IMG/VR virus record: IMGVR_UViG_3300046170_000470
Length of the DNA stretch: 64,000 nt
Source of the DNA: a virus
Strand: one strand, 5' to 3'
Below are positions 28,929-39,670 of this stretch, piece by piece (position 1 is the stretch's first letter; every line of letters starts with the position of its first letter). A program made the position numbers and the translations under genes. The notes beneath the pieces are model-generated. The model searched no databases and was not told where the DNA came from. It saw only the letters and a program-made list of their open reading frames with translations.

Positions 28929-29780
28929 ATGAAAATATTAGTTACAGGGGGGGTTGGTTTTATAGGGACAACTTTAATTAAAAAACTATTAGATGAAGGA
29001 CATAATGTTCATTCATTAGATAATTATGAAATAGGCCTAAAAGATAATGAACAACCAGGATGTCATTACCATATAGGAGATATTGAAAACATAAACCTAA
29101 TGGATAAAGATTTTGATTTAATTTTTCATTTAGCAGCTTTATCTAGAATACAACCCTCATTTAATAACCCAGAAGAAACATTTAGGGTTAATACCATTGG
29201 AACACAAAAGGTGTGTGAATTTGCTAGATTAACGGGAGCTAAAGTTATATATGCTGGTTCCTCTTCTAGATGGCATAACCCATATCAATCACCTTATGCT
29301 GCGTATAAACATATGGGAGAAGAAATATGCAAGATGTATAAAAAAACCTATGGGATGGATATTGAAATCACTAGATTTTACAATGTATATGGTCCAAATG
29401 AAATTATAGACAGTGATTGGGCAGCAGTAATAGGTATTTGGAGAAGACAAGTAAGAGACGGACAAAAAATTACAATAATAGGAGATGGGGAACAAAGAAG
29501 AGATTTTACTCATGTAGATGATATTTGTGATGCTCTTTGGAGAATTGGAATGAAAAACGAAAAGCATGAAGATGCTTGGGAATTAGGCACGGGTATGAAT
29601 TATTCTATTAATGAAGTATATCAAATGTTTAGAGAAAGATTTGGAGTTGGTTTTATTAATCTTCCTAACCAACCCGGGAATTATAGAAAAACATTAAGAG
29701 AAAATGATGATAGCCTAACCAGATTAGGATGGGAACCCTCAGATAAATTAAGAGATTATATATTTAGCTTAAATAAATGA
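28929..29780 (+). CDS. NAD-dependent epimerase/dehydratase
   Basis: TGGVGFIG, YAAYK, RFYNVYGP, RDFTHV. Confidence 0.92.
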   Translation: MKILVTGGVGFIGTTLIKKLLDEGHNVHSLDNYEIGLKDNEQPGCHYHIGDIENINLMDKDFDLIFHLAALSRIQPSFNNPEETFRVNTIGTQKVCEFARLTGAKVIYAGSSSRWHNPYQSPYAAYKHMGEEICKMYKKTYGMDIEITRFYNVYGPNEIIDSDWAAVIGIWRRQVRDGQKITIIGDGEQRRDFTHVDDICDALWRIGMKNEKHEDAWELGTGMNYSINEVYQMFRERFGVGFINLPNQPGNYRKTLRENDDSLTRLGWEPSDKLRDYIFSLNK

Positions 29781-30400
29781 AAATAAGTTACGCAATTACA
29801 GTTTGTAATGAGATAGTAGAAATTCAACGTCTAGTATCTTTTTTATTAGAATACAAACGTTTCGAGGACGAGATTGTTATATTATATGATAGTAAAGGAG
29901 GCACTAAACCAGTAGAAGAATATTTACGTTCTCATTCAGTAAATGGAGAATTTACATGGCATAGTGGAGAGTTTGAAGATCATTTTGCTGATTGGAAAAA
30001 TAAACTAACATCCTATTGTTCAGGAGATTATATTTTTCAGATAGATGCAGATGAGATACCTAATGAAGTATTACTTAGTAATTTAAAAGGTATTATAGAA
30101 AACAACCCCAATAATGAAGTGTTTTTAGTTCCTAGAGTAAATACTGTAGAAGGATTAACCCAGGAACATACTACTAAATGGAGATGGAATATTGATGATG
30201 AAGGAAGAGTTAATTGGCCTGATTATCAATGGAGAATTTGGAAGAATAAACCTGAAATCAAATGGGCTAATAAGGTACATGAAAGATTAGAAGGTTTTAA
30301 AACATATGCCCCACTTCCTGCTTTACACGATTTAGCTTTAGTTCATCCTAAAACAATAGAAAGACAAGAAAAACAAAATAAATATTACGATACATTATGA
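29777..30400 (+). CDS. Glycosyltransferase GT2
   Basis: ITVCNE, QIDADE, WPDYQWR, VHE. Confidence 0.88.
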   Translation: MKISYAITVCNEIVEIQRLVSFLLEYKRFEDEIVILYDSKGGTKPVEEYLRSHSVNGEFTWHSGEFEDHFADWKNKLTSYCSGDYIFQIDADEIPNEVLLSNLKGIIENNPNNEVFLVPRVNTVEGLTQEHTTKWRWNIDDEGRVNWPDYQWRIWKNKPEIKWANKVHERLEGFKTYAPLPALHDLALVHPKTIERQEKQNKYYDTL

Positions 30401-31539
30401 AGAAAATTTGGTACGCACCGTATAAACATGAAGCATTTGGTCAAGAAGAAATTGACGCCGTTGTAGAATCATTAAAATCTGGATGGTTAGGGGGACAAGG
30501 TCCTAAATCTGTTGAATTTGAAGAAAAAATTGCTAAAACATTTGGTAAAAAACATGGTGTATTTGTTAACTCGGGTTCTTCAGCCTGTTTATTAGCTATC
30601 GCTGCTTTGGATTTACCCAAAGGAACTAAAATCATTACTCCCGCTTGTACATTTGCTACCACATTAGCTCCCATTATTCAATTAGGATATGTACCTGTAT
30701 TTGTAGATGTGGATTTAACTACTTACTGTGCTAATATAGAACAAGTCATAGCTAAAGTAACAGATGATACTTCAGCAATTATGTTACCTAATTTAATTGG
30801 TAATAAACCAGATTGGGATAAGTTAAAGAGATACTTAGTAGAAATGGGGAGAGAAGATATTTTCTTAATCGAAGATTCAGCCGATACCTTAACTAAAACT
30901 CCAGTAACAGATGTTGCCACTACAAGTTTTTATGCTTCACACGTTATTACAGCTGGGGGTGTAGGTGGAATGGTAATGTATAATGATAAAAAACATGTTA
31001 CTAAATGCTTGCAATATAGAGATTGGGGTCGTTTAGGTGATGATTCTGAGATTATGGATGATAGATTTAATCATATTGTAGATGGGATTCCATATGATCA
31101 TAAGTTTTTATATAGTGTATTAGGGTACCATATGAAAGCTAGTGAAATGAATGCTGCCTTTGGTTTAGTTCAATTAGAAAGATTTAAAGTAAATGCTGGT
31201 ATTAGAAGAGCAAATGCTGAACGTTATTTAGAAAACTTAAAAGGGATTGGGGATCTAATTTTACCTGACGATAGCATTAAACCTAATTGGTTAGCAATGC
31301 CCTTACAAACAGAAAAAAGATTTGAATTATTAAACTTTTTAGAAGATAATAACATCCAAACTCGAGTAACATTTGCTGGTAATGTAACTAGACATCCAGT
31401 TTATCGTGAGTATCTAGAAGACTTTGAAAATTCAGATATTATTATGAAAAATGGATTTTTGTTAGGAGCTCACCATGGGATGACTATTGAAGATGTAGAT
31501 ATTGTATGTGATAAAGTTAAAGAATTTTTTAATAAATAA
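30397..31539 (+). CDS. DegT-fold PLP enzyme, ColD/E1-type NDP-sugar 3-dehydratase
   Basis: VNSGSSA, EDSAD, SFYASHVIT (His in place of the PLP Lys). Confidence 0.85.
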   Translation: MKKIWYAPYKHEAFGQEEIDAVVESLKSGWLGGQGPKSVEFEEKIAKTFGKKHGVFVNSGSSACLLAIAALDLPKGTKIITPACTFATTLAPIIQLGYVPVFVDVDLTTYCANIEQVIAKVTDDTSAIMLPNLIGNKPDWDKLKRYLVEMGREDIFLIEDSADTLTKTPVTDVATTSFYASHVITAGGVGGMVMYNDKKHVTKCLQYRDWGRLGDDSEIMDDRFNHIVDGIPYDHKFLYSVLGYHMKASEMNAAFGLVQLERFKVNAGIRRANAERYLENLKGIGDLILPDDSIKPNWLAMPLQTEKRFELLNFLEDNNIQTRVTFAGNVTRHPVYREYLEDFENSDIIMKNGFLLGAHHGMTIEDVDIVCDKVKEFFNK

Positions 31540-31542
31540 TAA

Positions 31543-32169
31543 ATGGAATATATAAAATATAATACAGACCAATATCCTTTCAGAGAGGTTATAAAAGAAA
31601 TATTAGAAACTAACAGCTTAGAACAAATTCATAATGAACAAGAATATGAATTGTTTATTAAGGGTACAGATCAATCAACAGTGTGGCATCGCCGATACTA
31701 TGATAATCTAGATCAATTCTTACCTTTATATGATACTTTTATAAATGAAGTAGTAAAACCCACATTTGGGGAAGAAATAGTATATCAAAAAATCCCTACT
31801 TTTAGAACTCAGTTAGTAAATAATTTAGGTGTTTTTGAATTTCATAGAGATAGGGATTATTCACATAATGAAGAAGAACGTAATTTCTTTTTACCCTTTA
31901 CTGATGCTTATGCTACTAACACTATCTGGGTAGAATCTGAAGAAGATAAAGCGGATTATTCCCCTATGACTACTCTATATGGACACGTTGTAAAATGGAA
32001 TGGTAATAGTTTAATGCATGGTAATAAACAAAATGACACCCAAAACACCAGAGTAAGTGTGGATTTTAGATGTATTCCTTTATCTAAATATAATGAAGAA
32101 GAAGGGGCAGCAGCTATATATTCTAAAATGGAATTTAAAATAGGAGATTACTATAAAGTAACTGGATGA
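31543..32169 (+). CDS. StrG-like 2OG-Fe(II) oxygenase
   Basis: YQKIPTFR, FHRD, HGN..N.T..TRVSVDFR. Confidence 0.7.
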   Translation: MEYIKYNTDQYPFREVIKEILETNSLEQIHNEQEYELFIKGTDQSTVWHRRYYDNLDQFLPLYDTFINEVVKPTFGEEIVYQKIPTFRTQLVNNLGVFEFHRDRDYSHNEEERNFFLPFTDAYATNTIWVESEEDKADYSPMTTLYGHVVKWNGNSLMHGNKQNDTQNTRVSVDFRCIPLSKYNEEEGAAAIYSKMEFKIGDYYKVTG

Positions 32170-32846
32170 AGGTATTAATACTAGGAGATGGGTTATTAGG
32201 AAAAGAAATTGCATCCCAAACAAATTGGGATGTAGTTTCTAGAAAATTAAATAACTTACCCAACATTAATGATTGGGATGGGTTAACTAATTTAATCTAT
32301 AAGTATGATGTTGTAGTAAATTGTATAGCACATACAGATACTTATTCACCCGATAAACAACTACATTATGATGTTAATTATAAATTCACCTCAGATATAA
32401 GTGATATTTGTAATAACGAAAGTGTAAAATTAGTTCATATATCTACTGAGTTTGTTTATGCTAATAATGAAAAATTACCAACAGAGGATGATATACCCAT
32501 CCCAGGGAATACTTGGTATGGGTATACTAAATTATTAGCTGATGAATATATCCAATTACGTAATGAAAACTATTTAATCTGTAGAGAATTACATAAACCA
32601 AACCCATTTCCTTATAATGAAGTTTGGAAAATTCAAACCTCTGGTGATACTGTAAATAAAATAGCAAATTTAATAATACAACTAATAAATAAAAATGCTA
32701 GTGGGGTTTTTAATGTAGGTACTGGAGATAAATGGCTAAAAGAACTTGCTCCAAAATCATGTAAGCAAATTCCCCCACCTTTTAAAACACCTACTGATAC
32801 AAGAATGAATCTAGATAAATTAAATAATTTTTTAGGATGCAAGTAA
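32166..32846 (+). CDS. RmlD-like NDP-4-keto-sugar reductase
   Basis: GDGLLG, HISTEFV, YGYTK. Confidence 0.8.
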   Translation: MKVLILGDGLLGKEIASQTNWDVVSRKLNNLPNINDWDGLTNLIYKYDVVVNCIAHTDTYSPDKQLHYDVNYKFTSDISDICNNESVKLVHISTEFVYANNEKLPTEDDIPIPGNTWYGYTKLLADEYIQLRNENYLICRELHKPNPFPYNEVWKIQTSGDTVNKIANLIIQLINKNASGVFNVGTGDKWLKELAPKSCKQIPPPFKTPTDTRMNLDKLNNFLGCK

Positions 32847-33637
32847 AAGATTTAGTAAATAAAAGTTGGTATTCAAGTACAGGTTATTTAGATTCACTAG
32901 AAGACTTAGAAAATTTAGAGCGTTACATTAAATACAATTTAATTTTTCTTAAAAAATTTAAAGGAATTATTACTTCAATTAATTACAATTACAAAAACCC
33001 AGATCTGGCTTGTAGGAATGAAGAAATTTGGAATAAATATTTTGATAATGTAATTCAATTAAAATGTCCTAAAAATCGAGGTTATAATTTTGGGGTAGCA
33101 GATTTAGATAATCAAATTATAGACTATTGTAAAGAAAATAAAATAGACTTCATATGCAAATCAGATAATGATATGATATTAGAACTAAGTTTTTTAGAAA
33201 ATAAAGTTGATGAAGCTGATTTTTATTATTTCAATGGTATTGGTTTTGGGGGATTACAATCCTATAACTTTGATCTTGAAAAAGCATTTTTAGAAGACTT
33301 CTTCCCCCAAACTAATTTTTATTTTATAAATGTTTCAAAGATAGATTATTTAAATAACAAAGATTATTTAGATGAAACTTATAACCACATCCAAACAATA
33401 GAAAATTATAATGGAAAAATATGGGAATACTTTGATGGTTGGACCTGTGAAAAGTTTTTATCCCAATGTATTGAAAGAAATAACTTAACTAAATTTCACT
33501 TAATACAAGATGAAAATTATCGTAAGTTATTAAAACATGTTTTTGATTCTAGAATAGTAGACTGTAGTCATAAAAACCTAATGATTGAAGGAGTATGCCA
33601 CTTCCATAACCCAGATCAACCCGTAAGATTAATATGA
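32837..33637 (+). CDS. Putative glycosyltransferase (GT-A-like)
   Basis: NRGYNFG, KSDND (DxD); cluster context. Confidence 0.5.
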   Translation: MQVKDLVNKSWYSSTGYLDSLEDLENLERYIKYNLIFLKKFKGIITSINYNYKNPDLACRNEEIWNKYFDNVIQLKCPKNRGYNFGVADLDNQIIDYCKENKIDFICKSDNDMILELSFLENKVDEADFYYFNGIGFGGLQSYNFDLEKAFLEDFFPQTNFYFINVSKIDYLNNKDYLDETYNHIQTIENYNGKIWEYFDGWTCEKFLSQCIERNNLTKFHLIQDENYRKLLKHVFDSRIVDCSHKNLMIEGVCHFHNPDQPVRLI

Positions 33638-34527
33638 GAAAAATAATATTTTTAGTCCAAGACGATAATTGTGGGGCTACTTTTATGGTGGGTAAAATGT
33701 TAAAACATGGACTAGACCAGTGTAATGTAGATTCTGAAGCTATATTGGTAAACAATCACTATCCAGATGTTAGCGTTTTAGATAACGTAAAAGACAGTTT
33801 AGTTTTTATGTATAAGCATGTCCCTCATAAATCATTCTTATATAAATTAAAAGAAAATAACAATAAAATAGTAATGGATGTTGTGGATGAATTTATTCGT
33901 CCTAATACAACTCCATATACTTTATACCCCTATGATATATTTGATGGGATAATTGTTAGGGCAAGTAAGATTTTAAAAGAATATACTTTACCCTCTCATT
34001 TAGAAACAATAAATATACCTCATCACTGGGATATTAGATTGCAAAATTTGGATACATCTAAAAAAACAATTGATATGCCTATGGTTACTATAAATGATGG
34101 TAGAGATATGCCCTATCTTCAACCATTATTACAACAAAACCATATCCAGTTTATAGGTAATTTTAGCTATCAAGAATTCTCTCAATTAACTGATAAATTA
34201 AATAGTTTTACTAGTTGTTATAATGTAAGAGCTACAGACAGTGCCGCATATAAATTCAAACCAGCAACTAAATTAGTTACATCGGCTGCCCTAGATATCC
34301 CTTTAATAACCAATTATGATTGGTCGATTCAAGATTTAGTACCTTCTGATTATCCCTTTTTAATTGATGGTAAAAATTATGAGGAAATTGTAAATATGAT
34401 TCATACATTACCCCAACCAGGGTCTAAAGAACATAACTATGCTTTAGATATTTTAAGAGATGTTAAATCAAAAACAGCTTTAATAAACCAAATCCCAGAA
34501 TATCTGGAGTTTTATAAAAGATTTTAA
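33634..34527 (+). CDS. Putative glycosyltransferase (GT-B-like)
   Basis: MDVVD, FKPATKL..SAALDIP. Confidence 0.5.
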   Translation: MRKIIFLVQDDNCGATFMVGKMLKHGLDQCNVDSEAILVNNHYPDVSVLDNVKDSLVFMYKHVPHKSFLYKLKENNNKIVMDVVDEFIRPNTTPYTLYPYDIFDGIIVRASKILKEYTLPSHLETINIPHHWDIRLQNLDTSKKTIDMPMVTINDGRDMPYLQPLLQQNHIQFIGNFSYQEFSQLTDKLNSFTSCYNVRATDSAAYKFKPATKLVTSAALDIPLITNYDWSIQDLVPSDYPFLIDGKNYEEIVNMIHTLPQPGSKEHNYALDILRDVKSKTALINQIPEYLEFYKRF

Positions 34528-34528
34528 T

Positions 34529-35575
34529 ATGGAAAAAATAACTTTTTGTATTCCTTCTAAAGATAATCTTAGATACTTAAAAAGCAGTATTAATTCAATA
34601 CTAGAAAATAGCTCTTCGGAAGTAGATATTATAGTTTATGTAGATTCTGACAACGATGGAACCTGTGAGTGGTTAGATAGTAAAGGAATTAAATATTTAA
34701 AGAATAGTTCTAACAAAACTAAAGGTATTGCCTACGGGTATAATAGATGTATAGAATCGGCTAAAACTGATATAGTCTGTATGTTTCATGCCGATATGTA
34801 TATGGCTGAAGGTTTTGATACAGCTATACTTCGATACATCAAACCAAAGAGTGTAGTTAGCGGTACACGGATAGAACCTCCTCTACACCCAGAAGGAAAA
34901 GAAAAGATTGTACGTAATTTCGGTTTATACCCAGAAGATTTTAATATCACAGCATTCAAAGAATTTGTGGATAAATCTTTAGTGGAATATAAAAATAAAG
35001 TCACAAAAGGTATATTTGCTCCATGGGCTATTTACAGACAAGACATTTTAGATATCGGTATGCATGACGAACAGTTCCATTCTTACCACGAAGATTCAGA
35101 TATATTTAATAGATTTATTTTAAGTGGGTATAACTTAATTCAAACTTGGGAAGGATTTGTATACCATCTCACTTGTAGAGGGGGCCAATTTAAAGACGGT
35201 ATCGAAAAAGTAACTCAAGATGAATCGTTTCATAAAATGAAATCTAATGCCTTTAATCACTATATAAAAAAATGGGGTAGCTGGATTAAAAATGATGAAT
35301 TCAATCATCCCATACTTACTCCAGTTTATAGGAAAAAATTAAATATTATTAACAGCACTCCTAACTTAAATGAACTGCATGGCTGGTTTAACGGTGGGGA
35401 AGATATAATTGTTACTATAGACGGAAATACTTTTACTCAAGAGGATTTTAAATATATTACTTTACTCAATGGTATAATTAAAGATAGTGGTAGTGTTGGG
35501 AAATTTAAATTAGGAAATATAAGTGTAGAGATTATTCAAATAAATGAACATCAAAATGAATTAATTAAATTATGA
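34529..35575 (+). CDS. Glycosyltransferase GT2
   Basis: FCIPS, DNDGT, HADM, EDSD, VYH. Confidence 0.88.
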   Translation: MEKITFCIPSKDNLRYLKSSINSILENSSSEVDIIVYVDSDNDGTCEWLDSKGIKYLKNSSNKTKGIAYGYNRCIESAKTDIVCMFHADMYMAEGFDTAILRYIKPKSVVSGTRIEPPLHPEGKEKIVRNFGLYPEDFNITAFKEFVDKSLVEYKNKVTKGIFAPWAIYRQDILDIGMHDEQFHSYHEDSDIFNRFILSGYNLIQTWEGFVYHLTCRGGQFKDGIEKVTQDESFHKMKSNAFNHYIKKWGSWIKNDEFNHPILTPVYRKKLNIINSTPNLNELHGWFNGGEDIIVTIDGNTFTQEDFKYITLLNGIIKDSGSVGKFKLGNISVEIIQINEHQNELIKL

Positions 35576-36018
35576 AAAAGTTTAGATTAGGATTTACAGC
35601 AGGTAACTTTGATTTATTACATCCAGGTTACATTTATACGTTTGAAGAAGCAAAACGCCATTGTGATAAGTTTATAATATTTCTCCAAAACGATCCTTCA
35701 TTACATAGAAAATCAAAATATAAACCGGTAATTCCATCTTGGGATAGGTATAAGGCATTAATGTCTATTGAGCATATTGACGAAGTTTTTATGTATCAAA
35801 CCGAAGAAGAATTATTAGAGTTAATAAAAATATTCAAACCTGACTTAAGGATATTAGGGGAAGATTATCTAGGTAAACCCTTTACAGGTGATGACTTGCC
35901 TATTGAAGTTTTATATACCTCAAGGTCACATGGTTGGTCCACAACTAAACTAAAAGACTTAATTACTAAACAAACATATACACAAAACCCTAAAGTATTA
36001 GATGGAATTAAGTCATAA
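35572..36018 (+). CDS. Cytidylyltransferase (TagD/RfaE-like)
   Basis: AGNFDLLHPGY, LGEDY, WSTT. Confidence 0.88.
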   Translation: MKKFRLGFTAGNFDLLHPGYIYTFEEAKRHCDKFIIFLQNDPSLHRKSKYKPVIPSWDRYKALMSIEHIDEVFMYQTEEELLELIKIFKPDLRILGEDYLGKPFTGDDLPIEVLYTSRSHGWSTTKLKDLITKQTYTQNPKVLDGIKS

Positions 36019-36448
36019 AACATTTTTAGATTTAAGAGGAAGTACTACTTCGTTTGATTTAACTGAAAGGGAATACAAACAGGTATTGGTATCTTACAAT
36101 AAACACAACCATACATTTAGGGGGTTTCATTATCAAGAAAAACCTCAAAATAAATATGTAAAAGTAATTAATGGTCAAATTTTAGATATATTATATAATC
36201 TAAAAACAGGTGAATTAGAAAGTTATATTTTAGGGGGTGGGAACGCTCTTTATATTAATAATAATTATGCACATGGGTATTTAACTTTACAACCTAATAC
36301 TACATTAGTGTATTTAATGGATGAACATTTTGATAAAGAAAGTTACAAAACCATTCCATACCAAAACATCCCAGGAGCAAGTAACTTAATTAAAAGTAAA
36401 TCAATTCAGTTAGAAAACTTAACAATATCAGAAAACGATAAATTATGA
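36002..36448 (+). CDS. rmlC: dTDP-4-dehydrorhamnose 3,5-epimerase-like
   Basis: DLRG, FRGFHYQ, YAHGY, SEND. Confidence 0.85.
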   Translation: MELSHKTFLDLRGSTTSFDLTEREYKQVLVSYNKHNHTFRGFHYQEKPQNKYVKVINGQILDILYNLKTGELESYILGGGNALYINNNYAHGYLTLQPNTTLVYLMDEHFDKESYKTIPYQNIPGASNLIKSKSIQLENLTISENDKL

Positions 36449-37332
36449 GAATTATAGTAACCGGGGGAGCAGGTTTTATTGGGTCTCACTTTATTAATTT
36501 AGTTGGTAAACAAAACCCCCACATTGAAATCGTATTAGTAGATAAATTAACTTATGCTGCTGATTTAAATAATTTAGATGTTAAAGTTAAATTTATTAAT
36601 AAAGATATTTGTGATATAACAACTGAAGATTTAGGTGAATATGATTATTTAGTTAATTTTGCTGCTGAATCTCATGTTGATAATTCTATTAAAGATGGTA
36701 TGCCGTTTGTAAGAACAAATGTAGAAGGCACTTTTAATTTATTAGAAGTAGCAAGGCAAAACCCAAATTTAAAGAAATTTATTCAAATATCAACAGATGA
36801 AGTTTATGGAGATATGGATGATTATGGTCCTGGTGTTTTAGCTGATGAAGAATTTAGTTTAATTGGGTCATCCTATTACTCATCAACTAAGGCGTCTGCT
36901 GACTTATTAGTTCAATCAGCAGGTAGAACATATGGGCTACCCTATTTAATAACTCGTACGTGCAATAACTACGGTAAAAACCAACACCAAGAAAAATTAT
37001 TACCCACAATAATTAACTGTGTCAAAAATAACCTTAAAATTCCTATTTATGGGGATGGTCAAAATGTAAGAGAATGGATACATGCTGATGATAATTCAAT
37101 GATAATATTTAATTTATTAAAATCAGACCAAACAGGAATATATAATATAGGTTCAGGTGAAAGATATACTAATTTACAAATAATTGAAATTATAGAAAGA
37201 ATACTAGATCACCATTTGGATTTAGAATTTGTAGAAGACAGAAAGGGTCATGATAGAGCTTATGGTTTATTAACTAAATATAAACCTGTATTACAAAATA
37301 ATTTAAAAAAATACTTAACAGAACAGTTATGA
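36445..37332 (+). CDS. rmlB: dTDP-glucose 4,6-dehydratase
   Basis: TGGAGFIGS, DKLTYA, FAAESHVD, STDEVYG, YSSTK, DRKGHD. Confidence 0.93.
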   Translation: MRIIVTGGAGFIGSHFINLVGKQNPHIEIVLVDKLTYAADLNNLDVKVKFINKDICDITTEDLGEYDYLVNFAAESHVDNSIKDGMPFVRTNVEGTFNLLEVARQNPNLKKFIQISTDEVYGDMDDYGPGVLADEEFSLIGSSYYSSTKASADLLVQSAGRTYGLPYLITRTCNNYGKNQHQEKLLPTIINCVKNNLKIPIYGDGQNVREWIHADDNSMIIFNLLKSDQTGIYNIGSGERYTNLQIIEIIERILDHHLDLEFVEDRKGHDRAYGLLTKYKPVLQNNLKKYLTEQL

Positions 37333-38151
37333 AAATAGGAATAATAGGACAGGGATTTGTTGGTAATGCTATTTATCAAAAATTTAAAAACCATTTTAAT
37401 ATTTTAACTTATGATTTAGATGAATCCAAATGTAATTCATCAGAAGAAGAAGTATTTAATTGTAAAGTTGTTTTCATATGTTTACCAACACCTATGGATG
37501 TGGATGGGAGTTGTGTTACTACTTTAATTACAAGTACATTAGCTGCTCTAAATGCAGACAATAGCCCCAAAACAGCCATAATTAAGTCTACAGTAATACC
37601 AGGTTCAGTTAAAAACTGGAATGAAACTTATGATAATCTCCAAGTAGTATTCAACCCAGAGTTTTTAACCGAAGCTAATGCCGTTCAAGATTTTGAAAAC
37701 CAAAATAGAATTATTTTAGGGGGGACCAAGACCTGCAACCACTGAATTGAAAACTATATTTTCAAAAGTATTTCCTAATGCACATATAATCAAAACCGAT
37801 TCAACTCATGCTGAGATGGTTAAGTATTTAACTAATACATTTTTAGCTACCAAAGTATCATTCGCAAACGAAATGTATTCATTGTGTAATCAACTCAATA
37901 TTGATTATGATAAAGTTGTAGAATATGCAATATTAGATGATAGACTAGGAAAATCTCATTGGAATGTACCAGGACCCGATGGAGATTTTGGATTCGGTGG
38001 ACATTGTTTCCCAAAAGACTTAGCAGCAATACTTCATTTAAGTGAGAAATTAAACACAATGAACAATGTACTATGTGCAGTTCAAGAAACTAACAACAAC
38101 GTTAGAAAAAACAGAGATTGGGAACAAATGAAAGGAAGAGCAATAATTTAG
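37329..38151 (+). CDS. UDP-glucose/GDP-mannose dehydrogenase; +1 frameshift at G-run 37719-37724
   Basis: GQGFVG, CLPTP, IKST, NPEFL; AEMVKY, GFGGHCFPKD. Confidence 0.88.
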
Positions 38152-38183
38152 TTGGTTACCTGAAAAAACCTTCGTATATTTAC
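38151..38183 (+). promoter_or_regulatory. Host-type early promoter
   Basis: GTTG-N20-TATATTTAC. Confidence 0.7.
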
Positions 38184-38207
38184 ATCTAATTTAAAGGTTA
38201 TATATTT

Positions 38208-38558
38208 ATGCGACAGACTATTAAAACACCCATTAAAATGAAAATGATTCCTTGTATTAAATGTAGTTCTCCTATGCCCGAATTAAGGTTAACTAAATTT
38301 GGTTATAAAGTTTGTGTTAACTGCTCAACAGTAGGTACTAAACGTGGTATTCCCGTAATGAGAGGATCAGGTGATCATACTTGGACTGAAACTATTATTA
38401 TGGAAGAGGATCAATATGAAGAATTTGTAGTAGCATCTGCACTTGAACGTGGAGATAAAAATGCTGCTAAAGCAGAAATGTTAAATATGGATAAAGAAGA
38501 TCGTAATTTACAAGGTCCATTTCAAATAATCAACAACACAGATAAAGATAGAGATTAG
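38208..38558 (+). CDS. Zn-finger protein
   Basis: CIKC..MPELRL...CVNC. Confidence 0.65.
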   Translation: MRQTIKTPIKMKMIPCIKCSSPMPELRLTKFGYKVCVNCSTVGTKRGIPVMRGSGDHTWTETIIMEEDQYEEFVVASALERGDKNAAKAEMLNMDKEDRNLQGPFQIINNTDKDRD

Positions 38559-38560
38559 TT

Positions 38561-39175
38561 ATGCCCAAACCAAAACCATTATCCAAAGAAATGATAGTGG
38601 CGGCTCAAGCAAAAACTAAATCTAATATGGCCGCTGCAAGGTACTTGCATGTTTCTTATCAACATTATAAGAGATATGCTAAAATGTATAAGATATTTGA
38701 GGGCCATAAAAACCAAAGTGGTAAAGGTATACCTAAATTTTTAAAGGGCACAGGCAAAGAACCTGCACTTTTAGACATTATTGAAGGAAGAGTATCATCA
38801 GCTCATTTTTCTCCTGCAAAAATAAAGTATCGTTTAATAGAAGAGGGATATTTATCAGAGCAATGCTCAATGTGTGGTTTCCAAGAACGTAGGGTACTCG
38901 ATTATAAAATGCCCTTATTGTTACACTTCAAAGATAATAATAAATCAAATTACACACGCGATAACATTGAGTTACTATGTTATAACCATTATTTTCTTAC
39001 AGTTGGAGATATATTTACAGAGAAGGATGTTAAACAAATTGAATCACATCAAGAACACGTAGGTACAACTGATAAAGTAGAGTTTGAAGTAGATGAATAC
39101 CATCTACAACGTTTAAGAGAATTAGGATTAGGAGATGATGATGAAGATGTTAACCAATATATATCTAGAATATGA
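38561..39175 (+). CDS. HTH plus HNH-like protein
   Basis: AAARYLHVSY; CSMC..LLLHFKDNNKSN...NIELLCYNH. Confidence 0.65.
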   Translation: MPKPKPLSKEMIVAAQAKTKSNMAAARYLHVSYQHYKRYAKMYKIFEGHKNQSGKGIPKFLKGTGKEPALLDIIEGRVSSAHFSPAKIKYRLIEEGYLSEQCSMCGFQERRVLDYKMPLLLHFKDNNKSNYTRDNIELLCYNHYFLTVGDIFTEKDVKQIESHQEHVGTTDKVEFEVDEYHLQRLRELGLGDDDEDVNQYISRI

Positions 39176-39352
39176 AAAAAGCTAGGACGAGCCAGATCAA
39201 TAAATAAGAAGCATCATAAAATTACTCAAGATTATGATAAGCAAAAAAGTAAGCATTTAGAAAAATTAACTGATAAAATGCTTAAAAATGATGAAAAAGC
39301 AAACCAATTAAAATCAAAAACAATGAAAGGTGACTTTCTAAAAAACTTTTAA
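39172..39352 (+). CDS. Small basic protein; +1 frameshift near 39175-39186
   Basis: Span 181 = 3n+1; a single deletion gives a 59-aa ORF. Confidence 0.5.
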
Positions 39353-39354
39353 TT

Positions 39355-39670
39355 ATGAAATTTAAACACAATTGGCAATTCGATACAACAGAAGAATTAG
39401 AGGAAATATTTGGGGGGTGAATCAAAAGAATTACATGATTTAATAGTTGATATAGCTTTAGGTAACTTAAAAACTAAAAGAAAACAAATTCCAGTGGTAT
39501 CAATTTATACTAAAGATGAAGATATAACTTATGATATTATGATCGATAGGGTTGATATGGTTGAAACCTTAGAACAAAATCTCCAATCCATGGAAGATTT
39601 TGAAGATTATGAGCGATGTCAAAAAATTGTTAACGCTCTAGATTATTTGAAATCAAAATCTCAATTATGA
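39355..39670 (+). CDS. Protein with C-terminal UVR-like motif; +1 frameshift at G-run 39412-39417
   Basis: MKFKHNWQF...IFGGESKEL; EDFEDYERCQKI. Confidence 0.6.

Noticed and set aside
37329-38151. Naturally split UDP-glucose dehydrogenase or pseudogene
   Set aside because: A single-G deletion restores an intact gene, and the same pattern recurs in five other genes, so sequencing error is likelier
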